Positions 41,829-54,040 of a stretch of DNA of 64,000 nt are shown in pieces; the first letter of the stretch is position 1; each line of letters opens with the position of its first letter. The notes beneath the pieces were generated by a model. That model was given only the letters and a program-made list of their open reading frames with translations. It was not told where the DNA came from and did not search any database. The DNA is from Ministeria vibrans ATCC 50519 (Eukaryota; Protista; Filasterea): positions 1 through 64,000 of the forward strand of contig CALSCP010002418.1 of assembly GCA_943704425.1 (NCBI GenBank), written 5' to 3'. A program made the translations under genes and the position numbers.

Positions 41829-44501
41829 ATGAGCTCACCGTTCCGCAACTCACAGTCTCCGTTGAGAACCCCTGTGAAACTGGGACGTGGACTGACGGAA
41901 AACTCCCCGTCGCCCGCCAACGCATTCAACGATGACAAGAAAGGTTTCAAAAACAAAAACAGATGAAAATCGACGACACACCGCCTGCAAGCGTATCCCT
42001 GCGGTTTCCCTGCCCTTCACGTGCTTGGCGTAGTCCTTGTGGACCCCCTTCGTAGTGTTTTATTGCAGTGTCTTGTTGTCGTTTTGAGTGGCGCAAAATT
42101 TGAAAAATCAAACTTTCTTGTTGTAGAGAAAAAGCACAGACGCCGCCTGTCCATGGCCGACGAGCTTCGCCGAAGAGCCATTACGGAGTCTCCGCGAGGC
42201 AATGTCGCGGCACAGCAGGTGAGAATCACTCTCTATGTCTCTGCCGGCTTTGGCTCTTCTGACCTCCTAATTATTATTATTCTTATTTCCTCTGTGCGTC
42301 TGTTTTTTCAAGGTTGACAGTCCCGTCAAAGTCGCCACCAAGAGGCACAATGCTGCCAGCGACGCCCTCCTGTCGAGCGAGCAAAAGTCCGACCTGTATG
42401 CCAGTTGCATTAAGCTGTCAACCGAAAACGTACGTGTCGCTGTTTGAACTCGCCGTCTGACATGGTGTGTGTCTTTGCATAGAAAATCAACCAAAAGAAC
42501 AGCTGGGACTTGGGCCTGATCGACTACATTAGCGACGTGCTTGAGACCAAGCACGGCGAAATGACCAACTTTCAAGTGGCCTCCTGCACCCTCGACGCCA
42601 GTGTCAAAATCTACTCTTGTCGCGTCGACTCCATTCACCAAGAAGCCTACAAGGTATTTGATCGATGGGTGTTTATTGCAAGTGAATCATAGAGGGGTGG
42701 GAGAGAGCACACAGTCATTCGTACAGTGACCCTTTGCTCTTTGGCATACACGCGCGACTCCACTCAAATGTTCAAATTTGTACAGGTTCTGGGCGGTCTC
42801 ACGCGCTCGAACAAGGACCCAGTGGGACACAAGACGATGGAGAGCGACAACGACGAGGACGACGAAGACGAAGACGGGAACAAGCGAGTGAAGAAGACGG
42901 GGCGCAGCAAAAAGCGCACTGTGAACACACTCGAGACCAACCTGGAGGCGCTCGACGTGAAGCAACATGAGCTTGAATTCGAAGTGGACCCGCTCTTCCA
43001 GAAGACCTCGGCGGCATTTGATGAAGGCGGCGCACGTGGACTTCTGCTTAACCACCTCAATGTGTACAACGGCTGCGAGCTTGTCTTTGACAGTGCCGGT
43101 TCGGTCGATCCCTGCGCAGACGCGGAGCCCTCGTCCCCTGCCGACGCAGACCTGGTCGACGTGTCGTCGCTACAGACACTCTGTGCGTCCTTTCTCGCCG
43201 AGGCACCCACCGACTCCACTGCGGGTCTGGCTGCCCTGGATGTATGCGCCGCCTTTAAGGACTTTTGCTTCAACGACTGGACTCCCGCGGCGGACGGCGA
43301 CGATGACCTCGCATGCGACACATCCTCGGCGGCGCCCCAAACTCCATCAACCACAAATGCACCACCCTCGTCCGCCTATGCAATCTCAAACAATCTCATG
43401 GCCTTTCACGACGACGAAAACAACGACGACGAAGACTTGCCAGGCGGTGGTGGCTTTGATATGGGCGGTCTCGGCCTTGACTCGGACGACGAAGATATCC
43501 ACTACGAGACTGGCTTGCAGGCGGGCGGTTCCGGTGGCCCGGCCAGCGGTGTAGTCATGGCGATGCTTCAGGCGGGCAATGAGTACTCGTACTTTGACCA
43601 GAGCCATTTGAAGAACTGGGCTGGGCCCGACCATTGGCGGGTGCGTGGCACGGCAGGCACCGCTGGAACAGCCGCTGGTGCTGCGACAGCGAATGACAAG
43701 AAACGCTCTGCAAAAGAACCCTTCTTCCTAGACTTTGAAGCCAAGAGCGCGCCCGGCGGCAAGACGTGGGAGGCGGCCCTGTCATCGAGCCGTGTAACAA
43801 CGACACTTGCGCAGACCACCCTTGACAAGCTCTCCGCCTCCACGACGACTCTGCCCGACGACTGTCACTTTCAGGTGGCGGATCTCACACGCCTGTTTCT
43901 CAAGGCGCGCTGGGGCGCGCAGCAAAACCAGCGTGTGCGCACGGGTGAGCCAAGTGATGTCGACGGCTCCAGCGGTGGTCAATGGTACAACTACGACAAT
44001 GCCAACGACTGCAACAACTATTGTGCGGCCGACGAGACTGGTAATGGTGGTGGTGGCGGCGTCGACGACGACGACTACGGACTGGGCCATCCCCAAGGCG
44101 GTTGCGACAGCGACAGCGACGACGACGACAACGACATGTTCTTGGGCGGTGGGCCCGACGACTGCGACGGGGCACTTATCAACGAGCCACGGATGGTCAA
44201 CAAGATCCAGATCAACTATGCCAAGACGGCAAAAAAGGTTGACGTGCGCGCCGTCAAGGGCACCATATGGAGCGAGCTCACTGGCAAGTCTGACGCGACT
44301 GAGGCTGCTGCAGCGCCCGCCGAAGGCACTCGCATGTTTGCTGACATTGTACAGATTGTGCCCACCAAAATGCCATCCAAGGCCGCCAACGAAATGAGCG
44401 TCCCTATTGCCTTTGTGTGTCTGCTCCACCTCGCCAACGAGAAGCATCTCGCGATCAAGGGCGTCGACGCCATGGACAACCTGCTAATCGAGCAGGCTTG
44501 A
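41829..44501 (+). CDS. NCAPH: Condensin I kleisin subunit CAP-H/Barren
   Basis: CIKLSTENKINQKNSWDLGLIDY, NFQVASCTLDASVKIYSCRVDSIH, DPLFQKTSAAFDEGGARGLLLN, WAGPDHW, FVCLLHLANEK. Confidence 0.95.
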
Positions 44502-44618
44502 TGAACCAGCGAGACACAAGGAGTGAGCGGAATGTGTGTGACAGAGAGAAGCAATCAGTAATGAACCCCCTAGAACTGAAACTTACTACAATTCTTATTT
44601 ATATTACAACTATTTCAT

Positions 44619-44816
44619 TCAAGCAACTGACTCCTTTACATCGTCAGCAGGCTCGTTAATGCAGGGCAGGAGTGCCTTGGAAGCAATTCGTGATGCACCT
44701 TCCAATGATGTCAAACGCACTGTAAACACGGATGAATCCAGTCGAATGGACTGCTTCAAAGGAATCAATCCACCAGAGCGTTTGCAGTGTCGCAAGAGCT
44801 GAAAGAGCCATTAATA

Positions 44817-44847
<31 letters not shown>

Positions 44848-46494
44848 TTTCTTCTTCAGTCTTTTCCTGTACCTGCCAACCGAAACGATCGAGCGAAAAT
44901 ACAATGTCTCCATTTGACGCATCTGTTGTGGTTCCACGAAGACAATAGACTTGGCCGGGGCGCTGCAGAAGAACAAAAGCAAAATTGAATTGATAAAAAT
45001 AAGAGAGGCTCCCTCAAACTTCGCTTTCGTTGGCGTACCAACAGGTGCTCGGCAAAGCGTCGAATATATTCCGGTTCTTGCACAAGAAGATATACTGTGG
45101 ATGGTTGTGCTGGATCCGGGCCAACAACAGGGACCGGGGGCAGGGACCGTCTTGCGAGGGTACTACGAGGTCGATGCAGGTGCCCACGTTGCCGGCCGGG
45201 TAGAGGCTCGCGTCGTTGTGAATGTAACGGCAGGGTTACTGTGGGCGCTGAGGCAGGCACAATAAACTCCCGCACAGTGTTTAAAACGGGCTCGACGGGG
45301 CGAGAACTGGTCATTTCGAGGCGACTCTCCACTTCTTCCGAGGAAGGTGATGGAAGCAGTAATTGTTGCCGAGAGCCAATCAATGCCGACATCTGGCTTT
45401 GTGATAATTGAAACACCAAGGGAGGCGAAGAAGTTGAAGTGACGTGTGATTGTGCCAGTCCCACAGGTTCCATCTACAACCAAAGTCGTAAGTATAATTT
45501 TTACTAATAATAATAATAATAAGAATAGCAACAATAATAGTAATAATAAGAATAGCAACAATAATAAGAATAATAAGAATAGCAATAAGAAGAATAATAA
45601 TAATAATAATAGCAATAAGAATAATAAGAATAATAAGAATAATAAGAATAATAATAATAATAATTACGGAAATGACCGTCGGGTGGAGCAGGGCGCCTTC
45701 CGATTGGCGAGGTGTGGAGATGGAGCCCAAATGCTGTTTCGGATTTTTTTCGGGACACGTTCGGGATCGAATAGCACGATAGCAAGCGGCCACTATGCGG
45801 AACGGCAGGAGCAACACCGAAGCAATGGTTGAGGTGAAACTCGAGCAGAAGCCACGCTTGTCGCCTTTTGCGTTGGATCCAGGACAGGCACAAGCACGCA
45901 AGAGAGAAACAAGGACTAGCGAGCCGCCAAGCACAACGGGAAGACCATAGGCACTCTTGAGGAAATCTCCCAGCGAAGAAAGTGGCTTAAATCCTCCTGA
46001 ACCCTCTGCAAACCCAAACCAAAGGGTATGAAACGCAACAATCATGATAATACATTTTTTTTTGCATACCTCCTGCATCGATGGGGTCCGTCGCTTGAGA
46101 ATCAAAATCCTGCGAGCCACGCTGAGAAGTAGTTGCATTTGTTAAGAAGGTGACGGTAATGTTATAAAGCAGCTCTTGGCGGGAGTCCTTAAGAAACACA
46201 TCGCACGAGTGCTGCATAGAGCTACTAGTGGTCGTGGCAAGGTCGAGCTCAAACAGATGTGTATGGAAGGGTTGAATGGAAGCCGTCTCGGCAAGGACAG
46301 GCAAGATGCCGGCCGAGCACAGGGCCGACACGTGATACTGTGCCTCAAGGAACCCACTGTTGCTCACCAACACACGCATTTCGCCTAGGCCGGACAGAGC
46401 CTCAAAGTTTTGCACTGCAACCGAGTGGATCAAGCCAGGGCTCTGGTTGATCACAAATTGCAGAGCATCCGCGTCAATTTCCAATGACACAAAG
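44619..46494 (-). CDS. HAP2: HAP2/GCS1 gamete fusogen, 3' exons (domain III, TM, cytoplasmic tail)
   Basis: FVSLEIDADALQFVINQSPGLI..FEALSGLG..VSNSGFLEAQYHVSALCSAGILPV..CDVFL; TM LPVVLGGSLVLVSLL; spliced tail to a TGA at 44619. Phase-compatible with the exon ending at 52269. Confidence 0.85.
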
Positions 46495-46593
46495 CTGCGT
46501 CAAAAAGTTAGTATTAGTCTACTCTTGCATGTTTTATGCCATTATCAATAATAATTTATTATTATCAATAATAATAATAATTATTATTATTAC

Positions 46594-46667
<74 letters not shown>

Positions 46668-46990
46668 TTACTAATAGACCCGTTCTTCTTTTTTTTTNNN
46701 NNNNNNCTGCCATCTTGTTAAATTTCTCCAGAGAAGACACCGCTAGCCAACTTATTCTTTTTGATGTTTTGACTTTTGATTCTCATTCTTTTTTGATGTT
46801 TTGATTCTCATTCGTAAGGACCAAGAGGACGTCCTTTTTTTCTGGTTGTTATTGTTTTTTATATTCACGTTGTTGGTATTGTGTGTGCATTGACGGCATT
46901 GAGCACACACGAATATCACACAGTAGTGTATTAAGTGTAATGATATAATTCTATTTTTTATTACATAGTGCGATGTTCCCCTTCTCACAA

Positions 46991-47073
46991 GCGTCGTTTG
47001 TTTATCATCCAAAAGTTCAACTGCGCCTTTTGACATTGCGCTTTTGTTAAGAACCTTTTCATCGCAACAACGC
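46991..47073 (-). promoter_or_regulatory. SECIS element (form-2-like) in the deiodinase-like 3' UTR
   Basis: Helix I GCGUUGUU/AACGACGC; core AUGA (47062-47059) opposite GGAU (47010-47007); helix II AAAGGUUC..AAC/GUUGAACUUUU; unpaired AAAA; apical GCGC/GCGC mini-helix. Confidence 0.8.
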
Positions 47074-47126
47074 AAGAGAGATAGAGAGAAGACACACCCG
47101 TCTCACAACACACCAGATGTGCACAC

Positions 47127-47314
47127 TCAACACTGTGCGCTGAGCCAATCGGCCAATTCAGGCGGATCAAACGTTGCTTCGTCGTTTGGCTGAGCCTAAT
47201 TATAAAACACACGCATTGTTTGTAAGAAAAATCTTTTTTAACATGAGAATAAAAGGTATTTTACTTTGAGTGTAAGCAGACCATCGGCGGAAATGCCAAA
47301 CCATCTAGAAAAAG

Positions 47315-47345
<31 letters not shown>

Positions 47346-48346
47346 TCAGGGCAAAAGAGAAGTGAGTGACAAAATGTGCGACCGCCTTAACGATACCGAG
47401 TAGGCCAGGCACTGTAAGTCTTCTCAAACTCATCGTCAATCGAATCCAGCACTACCGACCATTCTGCCAGTCCCTTGAGGTCACACAGACTCGCAATGGC
47501 CGACTCAGACCGCTCCTGACAACACAATAATTATCAAAATTATTACAATACAATTTTGATATTATGTGTACCTCAATGGTCTTGGCCGTGTGGCGCTTGT
47601 AGGCGCTTCCAATGGGCCAGGTGTCTTCTGCGTGCGCCTACAGCCGCAATACAATAATAATCATAACACTATCTCGATTCAAACGCACCTCCTTGATGTA
47701 CACAAAGACAAACGTCGCGCGATGGTGGTACTCGGCGCGAAGTTGATTGAGCGCCGGAAGAAGACACCGCAATGGGGGTCAGCTAACACATAAATAAAGT
47801 ATCAGAAAGGTGTAATTACACAATGGGGGTTTACGTGATGGAGCCGGCCACAAGGACGAGAGGAGAGCCTTTCGTGAAGTGATCTGCCAGCACATGCCGC
47901 GAGGTCCCGTCCAGCGAGTAGACGGGAAGGTCCAGTGGCGCAACCTGACCCTCGACAAGGTCTCCGTCGCGAGCAATGTTTTCCCGGACGTACAGGGGAA
48001 TGGAGCGAAAGTCCTACGTCGACGCGGCACGTTGGCTCTGGTGCAATGCACTTCTCTCCACCCTTACCGGCTCCTCTGGAAAGATTTGCCACGCATGACG
48101 CAGTACACGCAGTCCGCCGTCCAGTGGGTACACATTGAACTCGCGAACGACGCGCTCTTGCAGCCGTACGGTGACGCCGTACCATTCGGAGGTGGCTTGC
48201 AGACCGCGGTCCTCGACCGCACGCAACGCCGCAAGATACTCGTCAGAGTGCCGCAGCTCGTCTTCGCGCAGCAGCATCTCCCGAACTGTATCCTTGTCGA
48301 GGTCCTTGGCGCGCCGTCGCGGTCGCACCAACACGTCTTGCGACAT
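47127..48346 (-). CDS. Iodothyronine deiodinase-like selenoprotein (281 aa, Sec154)
   Basis: Exons 48346-48068, 48013-47835, 47782-47689, 47637-47572, 47515-47397, 47304-47265, 47195-47127 (846 nt) give PLVLVAGSIT-U-PPL..FVFVYIKEAHAEDTWP..VLDSIDDEFEKTYSAWPTRWF..ELADWL; in-frame TGA at 47781-47779. Confidence 0.88.
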
Positions 48347-48457
48347 TGTAGGTAAAAAAAAACAATGTCCAATTGTCCATGTTGATTATACTCTGCAGTT
48401 CGAATATACATTAAACTGTTACTCAATTACGTTCTTGTGCTTTTGTTGTTTATTGCA

Positions 48458-48783
48458 ATGCTAAAGGACTTGGTTGCTTCTGCAGCGGGTCTCACTACTT
48501 CGGCTCTGTTTGCCGAGGGGCTGTACAACCAAAACTGAAACAAACGTCGCAAAATCTGATCGCTTTCGCTGTAGACTTGCCGTCGTCGAATTCCGCCGGA
48601 CGCAGTCGACTGGCAGCACCCCTGTGCTCCCTTTCATTGCGCAGGTTGTCCAGTGCCTCATGTGGATGAAATACGGTCTTCTCATTGACGACACGTCCAT
48701 TGTCTTACCAAACACCGTTGGCCTCCTCTTGGGTCTGGTCTATCTTGTCTTCTTTGACATGTACGCCAGCAACAGGGTACGTC

Positions 48784-48876
<93 letters not shown>

Positions 48877-49468
48877 ATGTCTTTGTGGTGTGTGTGTGTG
48901 TGTGCGTGTGTCTTTGTGGTGTGTGTGTGTGTGTGTGTGTGTGTCTGTGTGTGTCTGTGTGTGTCTGTGTCATTCGTCTCACCTCCCATCCACTCCTCGT
49001 CGCCTTATTACAAGAGTCTGGTGCGGCGGAGCATTCTCAAAGGTGCTGCCCTTCTCCTCGCAGTGCTCTTCATGGCCCGCTTTGCCGCGCGCACTCGCGA
49101 CCAAGCAGCATTGCTGATGGGTTATGCAGGCTCCTGTGGCTCTGTGTCCATGTTTGGCTCTCCACTCGCAGATTTGGTACGCAAATGGTGTATGCCACTA
49201 TATGCTGAGAGGGACATGATGCACTAATGGCACCTCACAGAAACGAATGATCTCGGAACGGACCAACAGCGGACTTACTTTCACGCGCGTCGCGTTAAAC
49301 ACACTCGTCCCCTCTCTCTGGACCCTCTACGGACTGCTTGTCGGCGATCCCTTTGTGTCCTTTCCCAATGCCATTGGAGTCATTTTGGGTCTCATTCAGA
49401 GTGCAGTGTATTTCTCCTTTAGAAGCAGTCCCAGTCCTCCTTCCTCCCTCTCTTTCGAACACGTATAA
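48458..49468 (+). CDS. SWEET/MtN3 (SLC50A1-like) sugar transporter
   Basis: STGSTPVLPF..WMKYGLL..IVLPNTVG; SMFGSPLADL; LWTLYGLLVGDPFVSFPNAIGVILGLIQ. Confidence 0.9.
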
Positions 49469-49571
49469 TATAGTTTGTAAACCAAAAAAGAGCAAAATTT
49501 GTATGAAAATAAAAAAACTGTACACTAAAAGGTAATTAATGACAAAGAAACGTTATAAACAGAAGTATTGG

Positions 49572-51687
49572 CTATTCCCATTTCTCCCAATCGTCATCAG
49601 AATCATTTTGGCTTTGACTGAGTAATTCGTTTGGAGGAGTCACAATCTAAAACAATAATGTTATGGTTAAAAAAAAATAGAAAAAGAAGATCAAGATAAA
49701 GTGGTTGGCGTTGGAGGGGGTTTTTTTTCGTTTTACGTCTGAACTCATTGCTTCTGAAATACTTTTGCGAAGAACATCAGACGAGGCATTGCTGTCGTTT
49801 CGTTGCACTGGGGCACTGGGTTCTTCGTCTATTTCTTCTTTGCTTGTTTTTGATGTTTGGTCTTCGTTTGTTCGTTCCGTTTCACTCTCACAGTCACTTT
49901 CATCTACAGAATTTAAATGTCACTCTCAACCACATCAAATCACTCACAACGCCAATCTCTCCCTCTCACACTTTGTTTTTTCTCTCTCTCTCTCTCTATC
50001 ACTTTGTTTCTTTCTCCCTCCTCTCTCTCACACACTTTGTTTCTTTCTCCCTCCTTTCTCTCTCTCCCTCTCTCTCTGCTTCTGTCTCTCTCTCAGCCTC
50101 TCATTAGTTATGTGCCTTACCGGGTTCTCCCCAATTCAAATCCTCCTCGCTTCCATTTCCTTCTTCCACTCCTAATCACAAACCAAACATAAATATTCTT
50201 CTTACTCCCCTTTTGGTCCTTTCTCAATCGTTCCTACGTTTTAAAAGCACTTCTCTCGTTTGCTGTGCCGATTTAATCAGAGACTCAGCGTAAAAGTAAC
50301 GCGACCAAAAGGTGCGATAGCTCAATTGAGAAGGAACGAGAGAAGAGTGCAACTGCCGAAATTCCTATTGAAACACACAAAAACTCACTTTGGGTGCGCA
50401 CTCCACAACCACAGTAATCCTATGCTTTGCCACGCACACAACACGCAATGCCAGTCATTGCAATAGTTTGTACCTTCATCGTCGAAATCATTTCGCTGAT
50501 TCTCTCCTGACACTGTCCAATGTCAAACTGTGCGTCCCATTGACTGTAATGTTCTTTGTCTTTCACTTCCCCACAATACCTAAATGCCACCACAAAATCA
50601 TGATCAGATTGTTTGTTTTGTTTTGTTCTGTTTTGTTTGTTCGGATTTATTTGTTTTGTACGTTTCGCGACTAAACTGAACTTTGTGCAGTTCCGCTTCA
50701 AATCGACTCATCCCCAAAGAGGCACTCTTTCGTACAAAGGTACAAATTAAACGAGAGAAAGAGAGGAAGAGAAGATGAACGAGCGAGGAGAAAGAACAAG
50801 AGATGACAAAGAACAATAAGAAGTGCGGGGAAAGAACGAGAACAAGACACGGGAAAGAATAAGAACAAGACACGAGAAAGAACAAGAACAAGACACGAAA
50901 AAGAACAAGAACAAGAGAGCAGGAAGAACAAGAACAAGAGAGCAGGAAGAACAAGAACAAGTGAGAATAAACTATATTTGATGATGTATGTTGAGGAGCA
51001 TTACGAGCGATGGAAGAGACTGTTGTGTTGCGGGGGGCTTGGAAGGGGACAGTTGAACGGGTGCAATGGCCGGACTTCCGTCGCCCGACAAAATCGATGT
51101 CATCTGGAAAACGAGACAAACACAGAAGAGTAAAGAGGATGTGGCGTCGTGGTGTTGATAGAAAGAGACACAGGGTTGAAGTGTACCTTTTTGGCGAGCA
51201 CGGAGGAAACGTTGACGGCCGTGTCGAGAATCTGTGTCGTAATGGGAAAATGTCGGCACAAACTCACAAACGCGAAACTTTTCAATGTTTACCTCTCGAC
51301 CAGCACTGCCTGCCGCTGAATCGTCTGTTTCAGCCGGTGCATGGGGCTCTCGTGAAGGCCTTGTGGGTGCGTGAAGAGCGTCGGCAGTGTCGTGTGCGAC
51401 ATTGACCGTATCCGCCTGAACCACAGACGAGTCGTTTTAGCCTCGCTCGCCGCTCCACACCCCTTCGTGTCGGTCGCCTTACCTTTACCGCAGAAACAAA
51501 CTCCACCAGGTCGTGCTTCGTCTGCTCAATGAGACCGGCCGACTGCAAACCAACCCGAAAAGTTCAACGTTTTCACCTCCGCCACTCTGGTTTCCCTCAC
51601 CGACTCCTGAATGGCCGTAATAAACCCGGTAAACCAGCCTCCACCACCACCACTCCCACTGTTGGCACTCTCACCGTCGTCACTCAT
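49572..51687 (-). CDS. BSD-domain protein (BSDC1-like)
   Basis: N-terminal GWFTGFITAIQE..TKHDLVEF; BSD LHSSLVPSQLSYRTFWSRYFY; C-terminus SDDDWEKWE-TAG. Many small exons, so poorly captured by the ORF track. Confidence 0.8.
50790..50962. repeat. Intronic degenerate (GAACAA)n repeat
   Basis: Run of AAGAACAAGA units. Confidence 0.8.
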
Positions 51688-51850
51688 GAACAATATAAAA
51701 GCGAATGTAATTATTGTAATAAAAATGATAAAATGTGTGAAAGCCATTCGCACGACAAGATGACATCGATTGTTATCAATACGATCTTCAATCTTGAAAA
51801 GTTCAAATTCCACAAACTCAATTTCTCCACATTTCTATCACGTTGGTTTG

Positions 51851-52132
51851 ATGACTCCCTACACGTCTGCGGCGGCTGTCGTGGTTCTCGCGAGCGCGGG
51901 GGCGGCGTCTGCGTCGGTCATCCAGGATGCGCTTCAGGAGGCTCTTTCAGCCATCCAATCCAACTCTACGGCAGCCATGGCGGCCGACATGGTCGACGCG
52001 GCCAGTGGCCTTGCCATGCAGGCGAGCGAGAAGCCTGCCGCGGTGTCTGCTGGCGCCATTGCGCTTCTGGCACTCTACTTGTTTCTCTCGTGGTACTACA
52101 AGCCGCTCTTCTGGATGCGCAAGCAGGAGGAC
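51851..52132 (+). CDS. Neverland paralogue A, exon 1 (N-terminal hydrophobic/TM region)
   Basis: ..[31 protein letters not shown]|gtaagt, homologous to exon 1 of the paralogue at 62790 ([16 protein letters not shown]). Confidence 0.9.
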
Positions 52133-52268
52133 GTAAGTGCACCTGGAGTCTCACCCACCACTCCTTCCCTTCCCCATCACCCGCTCCTCCTTGCTCTTTA
52201 TCTTTCTCTCTCTTTTTTTCTCGTCCCACAAAAACCCACCCGTGCTTTTTTTTTTTTTTTTTTGGTAC

Positions 52269-53743
52269 CTGCCTGAGACACCTTGTTGACGATAGGAGAG
52301 AAAGAGATTGTTGCTGGAGTCGGTAAAGGCCCCCGTCGGCTCTCCAAATGCATCGATAAAGTATTGGGGTAATTGACCTTGCGTACGACGCTGGTCATCG
52401 CTAAGCCAAAGATCGCGCAGCTGATTGGCCAAACATGAACCCTGAGGCTGGCGACACTTGTCAGCCAACTGAAATCGAAAGGCTGTGTAGCTCACGCCAA
52501 TCTTGTTGCACGACAATCCTGACAGATCTACCATCGACTTGTCAATGAGCATCCAGTCGTAGTGACCTCGGAGTGTTTGCTCGTGTGAAGAACTCGACGT
52601 TGTGCCTGCTGTGGTGGTGCCCTGCTGTGGCACAAATAAATACTTGCTCAACAGCGAGGGCGGTTGAGCCGCCGGAAGCAGATCTCCAATGTATGTTGCC
52701 AAAACACTGCCATCTGCCGTCACACCACCAGTGTTACTTGGGCCCATATCGATTGTTTCGACGGGCACTCCTATTCCACGATCAATAGTAACGCGCAGGG
52801 TAAAACTTCGCTGAGGCGGGCCGATCGAGTACGCCGAATACCACAAATTATCAAAGCGCAAGCAGTGCGCCGACTCTTGTGAGCCACTGAAGAGAGCGCA
52901 GTACAAGTTGGCGCGTGTGGCCGAGTCACTACTACCAGTGCCCAGTTGAGAACTGGCAGAGCACGAACAACAAAATCCCTATGAACAGAAAAATACAATA
53001 AAAAGCAATCCGTTCGTGAGCTGATGCACTCTGCAACATGACATACAGCCAACAGGCTCAGCGGAGTAGCGTGAGGTGTTGTTCACTTCTTCAACTCACC
53101 TGACTATCGACTATTTTTGATTGATCAGCGTTTCGGGCAAAGCCACAGTTTGCTGTGTCCGAATTGAAATCCTCACGGCAACTCGTGATACCAAAAAGCA
53201 GTCGAGATGAAACGTGAACGAGTCGCTCAAAGGGCTTATTGTTGACATTCTACAAAAAGATAAAGTGAAATTTAGACAAATCAACGATTATCTTTGCTCG
53301 GCAAACCTGCACGTAAATGAGTGGGTAAAAAATATTCGTTTCAGTTCGAGTAACGGTGATTCGTAATGGTTGAACAGCCGTCAGCATTGTCCCGTCTGTG
53401 TCGGTCGCCTCTGTCACAGTGACTGCCTCGACAAACTCTGTGGCTCCCTGTAGCATTGCAGCAGAGCAAGATTGGTTTTTTTTTGATAATGTGCGTGTGT
53501 CGTCAGGAAAATAAAAAATACAATAAAACAAGGTTTAACGGGTGGAGAGCATTTAGAAGGGGGAAAGGTGTGTACCTGCCCTCCATTGGTGTTGAGTAAA
53601 ACAACGAGCTTGCGACTGCACGAGCGTAGAGACTCGTCGGTCGATCCACTCTGAGTGCACACTTCTAATTTGCTCGACGCCACAACGCCAGCTCGCGTCC
53701 AGAGCGGCAAGGCAAGCAACACACTTACAGTAATCAGGTGCAT
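52269..53743 (-). CDS. HAP2: HAP2/GCS1 gamete fusogen, 5' exons (signal peptide, domains I-II)
   Basis: ASSKLEVC..CSRKLVVLL; NNKPFE; SQGFCCSC..TRANLYC..SAHCLRFDNLWY; WMLIDKSMVDLSGLSCNKIGVSYTAFRFQ..C..GSCLANQL. Confidence 0.93.
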
Positions 53744-54040
53744 GCAATAGGAAGAAAGATGTGCGGCAGCAGCAGAAGAAGAAAGATAAGATAATAAAAT
53801 AGAAATATTAAGAAATTGCTATTGCAAGTTCAACTGCTCACTTCGACGAACGTTCCTTTTTTTTGGTGCAAATAAATTTTAATTTAACAAAGTGTGTACA
53901 CAAAAGGTATATTTGGAATGACGAACGAAGTCACTCAGAAGTGGGTACAGGACGACGGAACATGAATAGTCAAGCTTGAGGCTAAGCTTGAGCTAAAGTT
54001 GCAAGATCGGCGTACAGGGTGGCCGTCAAGAGGCACAAAG

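Noticed and set aside
47103-47129. Terminal TGT-TGA and a further in-frame TGA as extra selenocysteines
   Set aside because: Deiodinase similarity ends at ELADWL, and the UGA is only ~55 nt from the SECIS, at or below the usual minimum spacing. Treated as a stop, though not excluded.
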